This document shows, piece by piece, positions 43,355-51,145 of a stretch of 56,331 nt of DNA (position 1 is its first letter; each line of letters starts with the position of its first letter). Source of the stretch: a virus (lineage: Duplodnaviria; Caudoviricetes); the IMG/VR virus record IMGVR_UViG_3300038426_000018, positions 1 to 56,331 of that record; one strand, given 5' to 3'. The translations under genes and the position numbers were made by a program. The notes beneath the pieces are model-generated. The model was given only the letters and a program-made list of their open reading frames with translations. It made no database searches and was not told where the DNA came from.

Positions 43355-45131
43355 CGCGAATTTGCCGATCGACCAGGTCGACCCGGAACGGTTGAAGCAC
43401 GTCGTCGAGTGCGCGGCCGAGTTTCGCCGGCGCATGCGTTGGCAGAAGGATCACATCGCGTGGTGCCGCGAGCGCCTTCACATGCCGGACATCCCCGGAA
43501 TCGGGCTTCCGATCTGGGAGAAGCAGGACGAAGTTTGGCGCAGCGTGATCGAGCACCGCAAAACCCACTGCAGGTCGGGGCATAAAACCGGCAAGACCCT
43601 CGACGCGGCCATCATCGCCCTGTGGTTCCTCGATTGCTGGCGGCCTTCCCGCGTGGTTTCGACCTCCGCGTCCTGGCCCGACGTGAAAATGAAACTGTGG
43701 GGCCACATCCGCGATCGCTACCGCTCGGGCGGTTCCTGGTTCGGAGTGCCGGTGTCCACCACCGACCTGAAGATCACCGATCGTCATTACGCGACGGGCC
43801 TATCGTGCGACCGGCCGGAAGCCTTCGCGGGACACAACGAGCAGTTCGTGCTGGTGATCATCGACGAGGCCTCGGCTGTCCGTCAGGAACTTTGGGACGC
43901 CGCAGAAGCCGAAGCCACGAAGATCCTGGAAATCGGAAACCCGCTGTTGGCCGAAGGCCCGTTCTATAAGCACGCGTCCTCCTCCGAGTACAACCACATC
44001 CACATTTCCTGTTGGGATCATCCGAACGTGAAGACGGGCGTCGAGATCATTCCAGGAGGGCCGACGCTGGCGTGGTGTCAGGACCGCTTGGAGAATTGGG
44101 GCGAGACGGACCCGCTCTACAGGACTCGAGTCCTGGGAGAGTTCCCGGAGGAGTCGGCCGACAGTTTGTTCCCGATGAGTTTGATCCAAGCCTGCTTCGA
44201 TCGGTGGAAGGAAGTCAAGGACCTGGAACGGGAGCAAGACGCCGAACACGTGCGGGGCCTCGACGTGGCGCGGGCCGGTGGCGACCGCACGGAAGGTTAC
44301 GACAAGGACCGGGTGAAGTTGGGCGACCTCTCGATCGCGCGGTACAAGAAAGTCTTAGAACTGCGGAAAACCGACCACTACAGGACCCGAATGCGGATGG
44401 CCGGGATCTTCGCCGGCGACCCTTGCGACATCACGAACGTGGACGCGGGCGGGGAAGGCTCGGGCCTGGCAGACGAGCTCGCGAACACCACCGTCGAGGG
44501 ATTCGACAAGCCGATGCGGGTCCGCAGGGTCCACTTCGGAGCCAACGCCACCACGTCGGATTATTTCAACGTGCGGGCCGAAATGTACTGGCAACTTTCG
44601 CAGGCCATGAAAGCTGGCGCCGCACTCGAACCGGACGAGCAGCTCCGCGAAGAGTTGATCGTGGTCGGAGGCATGGCGACGTACAAGGAGAAGCAATTCG
44701 AAGGCGTCAAAAAGCTGGTGCGTTTCCTTCGGCCGAAGGAGGAGGTCAAAGAACTATTGGGCCGGTCGTGCGACAAGTCGGACGGCTTGGCCCTGGCGAA
44801 CTACAAACCGGGCGGCCTGGGCCTGCTGGATTTTTACGCGCAGGAAGCCAAGCGGGTTCGTCAACAAGGAGCGGAGCAACAACCGCTGGATCAATCGTTG
44901 GCCGCTGCGCAGATGACCGCCGCGGACGACGATCGGTTCGCGGTCAAGGACAAAAGCGGGGTCGCTCAGAAGTCGAGGCCCGCAGGGAAGGTTTGTCCGG
45001 ACTGCGGCCGAAGCGTTGCGCAGTACGAAGAAACCTTCAAGTGCTTTTCCTGCGGCCGGACTGGTCGCAACAACGAACTCAAATCAGGAGGAAAGAACGA
45101 TGGGAGCACTATCGGAATCCAACCCCATTAG
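43332..45131 (+). CDS. terL: Terminase large subunit with C-terminal Zn-ribbon extension
   Basis: SGHKTGKT, IIDEAS, IGNP, VLGEFP, GLDVARAGGD, DKSDGL. Confidence 0.92.
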   Translation: MDHMGLINANLPIDQVDPERLKHVVECAAEFRRRMRWQKDHIAWCRERLHMPDIPGIGLPIWEKQDEVWRSVIEHRKTHCRSGHKTGKTLDAAIIALWFLDCWRPSRVVSTSASWPDVKMKLWGHIRDRYRSGGSWFGVPVSTTDLKITDRHYATGLSCDRPEAFAGHNEQFVLVIIDEASAVRQELWDAAEAEATKILEIGNPLLAEGPFYKHASSSEYNHIHISCWDHPNVKTGVEIIPGGPTLAWCQDRLENWGETDPLYRTRVLGEFPEESADSLFPMSLIQACFDRWKEVKDLEREQDAEHVRGLDVARAGGDRTEGYDKDRVKLGDLSIARYKKVLELRKTDHYRTRMRMAGIFAGDPCDITNVDAGGEGSGLADELANTTVEGFDKPMRVRRVHFGANATTSDYFNVRAEMYWQLSQAMKAGAALEPDEQLREELIVVGGMATYKEKQFEGVKKLVRFLRPKEEVKELLGRSCDKSDGLALANYKPGGLGLLDFYAQEAKRVRQQGAEQQPLDQSLAAAQMTAADDDRFAVKDKSGVAQKSRPAGKVCPDCGRSVAQYEETFKCFSCGRTGRNNELKSGGKNDGSTIGIQPH

Positions 45132-46047
45132 TTTTCCGGATCGGGTTTTGGCTTTGGAAAAAGCAGTAACGGCGGATGAAATCTTGTACGCCGCGCTTCT
45201 CGGATCCCCGCTCGGCAGCGACGTGTACGTCGATCCTTCAAACGGCACGGACCAGGCCGCCAACGGCGGCAGTTGGACGGCCCCGTTGAAAACTTTCGCG
45301 TACGCCGTCGCCCACAAGGTCACGGATTTCACGCGCCTGCATTTTTACGGAACCGTCAGCGAAGACTCGATCGTCATCACCAACCAGGGCGTGAAGATCA
45401 TCGGGGAAGGCCCGCGCGGCACGAACGTGTGGCAGAACTCTACGGCGGACGCGAGCTTGATCACTCTCTCGGGCGCAGGTTGCCGGTTGATCAATTTCAA
45501 GGTCCGGCCGCCGATCTACAGCGCGAGCATTCCGAAGGGCATCGTGCTTTCGGGAGCCAATTACGCGAAGTTCATCGGGATGCGATTCCAGGGGCGCGGC
45601 GGGTCCTGGTACGCGGTCTATTCGGACGTCACCAGCGACGACGTGGAAATCATCGACACCGAGTTCTTGTACATGAACACCGCGTCGCACGGATACGCCA
45701 TCTACGGCGTGCCTTCCGTGGCCGGAGCGACCCACGCGGCTTGGAAGATCATGCGGTGCTTGTTCGAGGGCTGCCTGAACAACTACGTCGCGCCCTCGAA
45801 ATCTTGCTTGATCCAGGATTGCGTCATGCCCGACGTTGGACTCAGCTCGACGGGCGGTTCGTTGACTTGCGCTCTTAAAATCGACGTTCACGGCACGAAC
45901 GCGGCCTTCAACCAGGTCCACCGGAACATCCTCGGCGGGGCGGCCTTGAACAACGCGAACGGATACTACGGCGTGTCGACCGACGATTGGAGCGGGAACA
46001 TCATCCACGACGGCTCGATCACTGCGGTCACGCCGCCTACGACTTAA
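45100..46047 (+). CDS. Right-handed beta-helix (pectin lyase-like) protein
   Basis: YVDPSNG..GGSWTAPLKT..AV; VKIIGEG; regular beta-helix rungs; AGGAGG RBS. Confidence 0.7.
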   Translation: MGALSESNPISFPDRVLALEKAVTADEILYAALLGSPLGSDVYVDPSNGTDQAANGGSWTAPLKTFAYAVAHKVTDFTRLHFYGTVSEDSIVITNQGVKIIGEGPRGTNVWQNSTADASLITLSGAGCRLINFKVRPPIYSASIPKGIVLSGANYAKFIGMRFQGRGGSWYAVYSDVTSDDVEIIDTEFLYMNTASHGYAIYGVPSVAGATHAAWKIMRCLFEGCLNNYVAPSKSCLIQDCVMPDVGLSSTGGSLTCALKIDVHGTNAAFNQVHRNILGGAALNNANGYYGVSTDDWSGNIIHDGSITAVTPPTT

Positions 46048-46147
46048 CGAGATTAAATGCTCCCTCGGAGCAATTAATAGTCCGGGGCCTGGTCTAGCGT
46101 CCAACCCTGACGATCCCGCAGGCCCCGGACGGCAACAGGAGGGCAAG

Positions 46148-46339
46148 GTGAGCGATCCTTTACGGAGAGCGGACATCAACCGAATGACCCCGGCCGAACT
46201 GAAGATCCACGAGGCCATCGTCGAGGTCGAGAAGTTGGGAGCCGACGAGCGATTGACCGACGCCGTCGTGTCGCTTAGCGACGCGCAGAAGAAAGTCTCC
46301 GAGTTCATCGACGACCCCGAAAGAAAAGTTTGGCTTTGA
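46148..46339 (+). CDS. Small helical hypothetical protein
   Basis: AGGAGG RBS; TPAE..I..A...VE.LGAD.RLTDAV. Confidence 0.7.
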   Translation: MSDPLRRADINRMTPAELKIHEAIVEVEKLGADERLTDAVVSLSDAQKKVSEFIDDPERKVWL

Positions 46340-46358
46340 ACGAAAGGAGAGTCGAACC

Positions 46359-46772
46359 ATGGAGCGACGAAACTTTTTCCAGATGATCCTGGCGGCCTTG
46401 GCGCTGCCTTTTTTCCTGAAGGTGCAGAAGACGCGCCCGGAATATTTCTACCAATCCATCGACCTCGGGTGGACGTGGAAAGACGGCCGTTGGTGTCCGT
46501 TTAAAGTTCGCGTGCCCGTGCCTTTCAATTTTGCTCCTGCAGGAATGCGCTACGCCATCCGGAAGGGCCGCGATCGAGAGAACCAGCCCACGATGAAATA
46601 CCTGGAGGTTTGCCAATTCGACGATCTCCGGGCGGGCGATAGGTTTTTACTTTTCAACGGCGACCACTCGCCGATGGAAACACCGAACCGTTGGGCCGTC
46701 GCGAAGACGAACGCGAGGCCGTACGCGAAGATCTGCGAGAACAACTCCATCATTGAAATGGAGTACGTATGA
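46359..46772 (+). CDS. Hypothetical protein with twin-arginine-like signal
   Basis: MERRNFFQMILAALALPF; AAGGAG RBS. Confidence 0.6.
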   Translation: MERRNFFQMILAALALPFFLKVQKTRPEYFYQSIDLGWTWKDGRWCPFKVRVPVPFNFAPAGMRYAIRKGRDRENQPTMKYLEVCQFDDLRAGDRFLLFNGDHSPMETPNRWAVAKTNARPYAKICENNSIIEMEYV

Positions 46773-46939
46773 ACGAACGACCGATCGCGAATTGCGCCGA
46801 CTGCCGATTCTTCGCTTCCTTGCCGAAGGACAGCGCGGGAGAGTGCAGGCGGTTTCCCCGGCACGAAAAGAAGCGGCCCACCGACGGGTGCGGCGAATTC
46901 GTGTCCATCAATGAACGAAAGCCACTCAGGAAGGTGTGA
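46769..46939 (+). CDS. 56-aa four-Cys protein (CADC..GECRRFP..CGEF)
   Basis: ATGA coupling; below the ORF-track cutoff. Confidence 0.65.
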   Translation: MNERPIANCADCRFFASLPKDSAGECRRFPRHEKKRPTDGCGEFVSINERKPLRKV

Positions 46940-46943
46940 GGCT

Positions 46944-47444
46944 ATGAATGAAAACAACGGATCGAAACCGAACTTGAGGGCGGTTCCCGGCATGGTATCC
47001 GGTGACCTGTCCTTGCTTGACAAACTTCCCAAGAAGCAACCGGAGACGGCCCCGCCGCCGCAGGGCATGGCGATGACGCCCGGAATGCTTATCGCGATGA
47101 TCGCGTCGCTTATTTGTTTCGGCGGGTCCGAGCGCGAGAAGATCCTCTCGCTGTCCGTCGAGGCCCTTTGCAAAGAGCGCCACGAGAAAAACCACGTCAC
47201 CGCGACCAAGCCCGAAAAGGATTTTAGGAAATGTAAAAACCCCGTTTGCAGGGATTTCACGAAGATCCTGGATCAGCCGACCGAAAACTATCAGGCCGTC
47301 ATCCAACGATTTCAGTTCGACATGGCCCTGAGAAAAATGATCTTTTTTCAGCCGCTGCCGCCGAACCATTTCAGGATCTTCGTGCAGGACAAACCGCAGG
47401 TTGAATTAGCGACGGAAATGCCCGGAGGATTGTTCAAGCAATGA
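46944..47444 (+). CDS. Hypothetical protein
   Basis: ORF with RBS; coupled to the next gene. Confidence 0.6.
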   Translation: MNENNGSKPNLRAVPGMVSGDLSLLDKLPKKQPETAPPPQGMAMTPGMLIAMIASLICFGGSEREKILSLSVEALCKERHEKNHVTATKPEKDFRKCKNPVCRDFTKILDQPTENYQAVIQRFQFDMALRKMIFFQPLPPNHFRIFVQDKPQVELATEMPGGLFKQ

Positions 47445-47776
47445 CGAGCAAATTGATCGCCTATCTTTTCTTCGGCCGTTTCTCTCCCGCGATCATGCAG
47501 AGGATCGGACGCCGCGTGGCCTTCGGCAAGATAGACCGCCGCGCCAACTGTCCCGCCTGCGGGTACGTCTGCCGGCACGACGTGAAGTGGGACGAAAACC
47601 AAAAGGCCGTCATGCACCTGTGCAAGCGGTGCGGCGCCAGTTGGGGCCAGCCGCCGACGGTGCCGACGGAAAAATGGAGGTTGAACCTGCAGGATCAAAT
47701 TCGGGTCAACCAAATTCAGGACTACGGGAACCAAGCGCCCGACCACAACAAACCTCCTCAACCGGTGGTGCAATGA
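47441..47776 (+). CDS. Zn-ribbon protein
   Basis: CPACG..CKRCG. Confidence 0.65.
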   Translation: MTSKLIAYLFFGRFSPAIMQRIGRRVAFGKIDRRANCPACGYVCRHDVKWDENQKAVMHLCKRCGASWGQPPTVPTEKWRLNLQDQIRVNQIQDYGNQAPDHNKPPQPVVQ

Positions 47777-48117
47777 TGCGGCTGCGGGACCTCGAAGGAA
47801 GTTTGATCAAGCGCGAACTCAGGGACGGCGGCGACTATCGCGTGCCCGTCGAGGCGATCCGCGACGCCGACGGCGTAAGGTTCCTGTGCCCGAAATGTTT
47901 CTCGAAGAACGGCGGGCCCGTGGGCACGCACCTGGTGATCTGCTGGTTCGTCGGGAGAGTTCCGATCGACCTTGATCCCAAACCCGGCCGGTGGCATCCG
48001 TTCGGGCATTCGATCGAGGACTTGACGTTCATAGGCCCTGGCAACGTCAGCGTGGCGATTCAGGGCGCGTGCTGTTGGCACGGGTTCGTTCGAGACGGCG
48101 AAGCAACCTTGACGTGA
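47773..48117 (+). CDS. Hypothetical Zn-binding protein (DUF6527-like)
   Basis: FLCPKC..H..W..DLTF..SV..CCWHGFVRDG. Confidence 0.65.
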   Translation: MMRLRDLEGSLIKRELRDGGDYRVPVEAIRDADGVRFLCPKCFSKNGGPVGTHLVICWFVGRVPIDLDPKPGRWHPFGHSIEDLTFIGPGNVSVAIQGACCWHGFVRDGEATLT

Positions 48118-48125
48118 GGCCAATC

Positions 48126-50702
48126 ATGGGAAGATTTCGAGACGCTTTCAAAGCCTTGACCTCGCTCTCGGGCGGGGAACTGATCACGACGGGGCCTTTC
48201 GCCGGAAAGGACGCGCGGACCCTGGCGCTCCCGGAGATCCGCGTTCCGAAGCCGCCGACGCAGTTGCCCGACGTGACCTCCGGTTGGTTTACCCCGCTGC
48301 AGCCGATCGGCCCGTTCGCTCCTCCGGGAACGGTCCCGAGACAATTCGCCTACCTTCCGGGTACCAACATCCTGTGGCAGCCGAAGTCGGGCGAGCCGGG
48401 GCCTTCCGGAGTCACGTTCGAAACCCTGCGGCTGCTCGCGGACTCGTGGGACATCCTGCGGCTGTTCATCGAAACGCGCAAAGATCAGATGTTTCGAATC
48501 CCGTGGACCTTCCGTTGCAAACGGCAGCCGGGGGAGAGCGAAGAGCAGTTCAAGAAGCGCAACGCGAAGGACAAGGGACTGACCGCGCTCCATAAATTTT
48601 TCGAGAGGCCGGACGGCGAACACGATTTCGACATCTGGATGAAAATGTGGATGGAAGACGAGATCGTGATCGACGCCGTTTCGATCTACGCCCAACGCGA
48701 TCGCAAGGGCAAGATCGCTTCTTTCCTTCCTTTCGACGGGGCCACGTTTAACCGCAGGATCACGGACCAGGGCATCACGCCGCCGAAAGGGCAGACCGCC
48801 TACCAGCAGGTTTTGTACGGGATCATTTCCGGCAACTTCACCACGGACGATTTGATTTATTTCATGCGCAACCCGAGGACCTGCAGGCTGTACGGTTTCT
48901 CCCGCGTCGAGCAAATCCTCCTGACGATCAACCTGGGCCTGCGCCGCTTGGAGTTCCAGTTGCAGGAATACCTGTCGGGCAACACGCCCGAGGCCATCGT
49001 GTTTCTGCCCGTGGGCGGCGACTCCGGGATCACGATCGACCAGGTCAAAGACGCGCAAGACAACTTCAACGCGATGATGGCGGGCAACCTCGCCACTCGC
49101 CGGCAGATCCGGTTCCTGCCTTCCTACGGGACCAAGGGCGAACGCCCGCCGATCGTGTTTCCCAAAGAGGCCCTGATAAAAGATCCTATCGACGAATGGC
49201 TCGTGAAGATCGTCGCGTTCAACTTCGGCATGTCCACGCAGTATTTCGATCGGCAGATGAACCGCGCCAGCGGCGAAACCGCCAAGGAGACGGCCGAAGA
49301 GGAAGGCTTGTTGCCGGACGTGAAGATCGCCACGAAGATCACGAACCGTTGCGTCGAACTCCTGGGCCTGGCCGATCAGTATGAGTGCGCCTACGACATG
49401 CCGGGCGTCATGGATCCAGACAAGCAAGCCGACGCCGACAAGAAGCGCGTCGACTCCGGACTCAACACCCGGAACGAAATCCGCGAAGCCCGAGGAGAAG
49501 ATCCGGCCCCGGAGGAGAACGCCGACAGGCTCACCATCACCACCGCGACCGGCGTCATTCCTCTCGACGAAAAGCAGGACAACATCGCGGCCGGTTTGAA
49601 TCCGGACGGATCTCCGAAGGCGGCCCCGGAGCCGGTCGACGATAAACAACCTCCTGCAGGAGGAGACGGGAAGCAGCAGGCCGAGGGAGGCGAACCCGGC
49701 GGGAAGAAACCCAAGGGCAAGAAGAAACCCAAGGGCGGGGCCAAGATCATGAAAGCCGTTCCGAAACGCAGGTCCTTTATTTCGGTCGGGCAACTCACCC
49801 CGGCCACGGAGAAGGCGATCGAGGCCGCGTCGAAAACCCTGGCGGCCGCGTTCGGGAAGATGGCCGAAAAAGCCTCGGCCAAAGTCAAGGCGATCGAGAA
49901 GGCCAGCAAGCCCGACGACGTGACGGACGAAATCATGAAAGCCTTGGACGAGGAATTCCGCGCCCTTCCTCCTGCGGTGCAGGCCCAACTGGAAGCGGCC
50001 GCTTTGTCCGGGATCTCGCAGGTCGCGGCGCAGTTGTCCGTAGACGACGGCGAACTCCTCGGCAAGACGAACGAGATCGCGCGGGCCTGGGCCAAGAAGC
50101 GGGCGGCCGAAATGGTCGGCATGAAATGGGTAGACGACGAGCTCGTCGACAACCCGAACGCGAAGTGGGCCATCGACGACACCACCAGGTCGGACATCCG
50201 GAAGATCCTGACCGAAGGGTTCGCGTCGGAAGAAACCTCGATCGCGGACATCGGGAAGGCCATCGAAGAGGCCGCGTCGTTCTCCGCGTACCGATCCGAC
50301 ATGATCGCTCGAACCGAGTGCGCCCGCGCCCAGATCTTCGGCGGGCTGGAAATGTGGGAGAAGTCCGGCCTCGTGAAATCCTACGAGTGGTTGAACTCCG
50401 AGGACGAGGACGTGTGCGAGATCTGCGAAGAGTTGGGCGACGGCGGGCCTTACTTGCTCGGAACCGGCCCGCTGCCGATCGACGATTCTCACCCGAATTG
50501 CCGTTGCGTCCTTTCGGCCGTGGAGATCGCGGAGACGGAAGAGATGGCGGCGGCCGCCAGGTCGAAGCAGCAGGCTTGGCTGTTCATCAGGGCGGCGCAG
50601 GAGGCGGTCAAACATAATTCGAACGGAGGCAAACATGCAGGGCAACGACAAAGTGATCGCGGCGCTTCAGGCGGCCATCAACACGGAAGCGACGCTCGCT
50701 GA
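48126..50702 (+). CDS. Portal protein fused to MuF-like head morphogenesis domain
   Basis: IETRK.Q, RNPRT..YGFS.VE, NEIR..RG.DP; C-terminal MIARTE, W...D.DVCEIC, HPNCRC. Confidence 0.9.
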   Translation: MGRFRDAFKALTSLSGGELITTGPFAGKDARTLALPEIRVPKPPTQLPDVTSGWFTPLQPIGPFAPPGTVPRQFAYLPGTNILWQPKSGEPGPSGVTFETLRLLADSWDILRLFIETRKDQMFRIPWTFRCKRQPGESEEQFKKRNAKDKGLTALHKFFERPDGEHDFDIWMKMWMEDEIVIDAVSIYAQRDRKGKIASFLPFDGATFNRRITDQGITPPKGQTAYQQVLYGIISGNFTTDDLIYFMRNPRTCRLYGFSRVEQILLTINLGLRRLEFQLQEYLSGNTPEAIVFLPVGGDSGITIDQVKDAQDNFNAMMAGNLATRRQIRFLPSYGTKGERPPIVFPKEALIKDPIDEWLVKIVAFNFGMSTQYFDRQMNRASGETAKETAEEEGLLPDVKIATKITNRCVELLGLADQYECAYDMPGVMDPDKQADADKKRVDSGLNTRNEIREARGEDPAPEENADRLTITTATGVIPLDEKQDNIAAGLNPDGSPKAAPEPVDDKQPPAGGDGKQQAEGGEPGGKKPKGKKKPKGGAKIMKAVPKRRSFISVGQLTPATEKAIEAASKTLAAAFGKMAEKASAKVKAIEKASKPDDVTDEIMKALDEEFRALPPAVQAQLEAAALSGISQVAAQLSVDDGELLGKTNEIARAWAKKRAAEMVGMKWVDDELVDNPNAKWAIDDTTRSDIRKILTEGFASEETSIADIGKAIEEAASFSAYRSDMIARTECARAQIFGGLEMWEKSGLVKSYEWLNSEDEDVCEICEELGDGGPYLLGTGPLPIDDSHPNCRCVLSAVEIAETEEMAAAARSKQQAWLFIRAAQEAVKHNSNGGKHAGQRQSDRGASGGHQHGSDAR

Positions 50703-51117
50703 AGTTTACAAACTCAACGGTCGGGCGCTCTCGAAAAAACTCGGCCTGAAGACCGGCAAGGAATTAAAGGGACTCGGTTGCCAATGCCGGGGATACATGA
50801 AAAAGATCGCGAAGAGGCTCGAACTGTTCGAGGTCTTCGCCGAGGTCGAAGCGGCCACGGCGACCGTGGGGAAGACGACCACGGAAACGATCGACGAGTT
50901 GATCGCGATGGAACTCGCGGCCGTGAAGCAATACACGCAGGACGTGATCGCGTGTTGGAACGCGAAAGACATGGACTGCTTCCACTTCTTTCAGCACATG
51001 TGCAAATGGCACACGGTCGGAGAGAACGGCAACGTCGGCCACTTGAATTACCTGCAGCACGAGCGCAGGCAGTTGACCGAATTCGGCGAGAAGGATTACG
51101 AAGAGGTCCACGCTTAA
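50635..51117 (+). CDS. Bacterioferritin-like protein with degenerate ferroxidase centre
   Basis: MQGNDKVIAAL..E18..Y25..R61...E66..E93..GH.NYL aligns by eye with Bfr; GGAGG RBS. Confidence 0.75.
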   Translation: MQGNDKVIAALQAAINTEATLAEVYKLNGRALSKKLGLKTGKELKGLGCQCRGYMKKIAKRLELFEVFAEVEAATATVGKTTTETIDELIAMELAAVKQYTQDVIACWNAKDMDCFHFFQHMCKWHTVGENGNVGHLNYLQHERRQLTEFGEKDYEEVHA

Positions 51118-51145
51118 ACTAATTTCCTAACGCGGAGGCTTTGAC

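Noticed and set aside
48060-50651. Long minus-strand ORFs (e.g. 48060-50651, 14038-16653, 9052-10674) and alternative-frame + ORFs (e.g. 12150-15365)
   Set aside because: Shadows of GC-rich sense genes; no recognisable motifs or RBS; skewed composition
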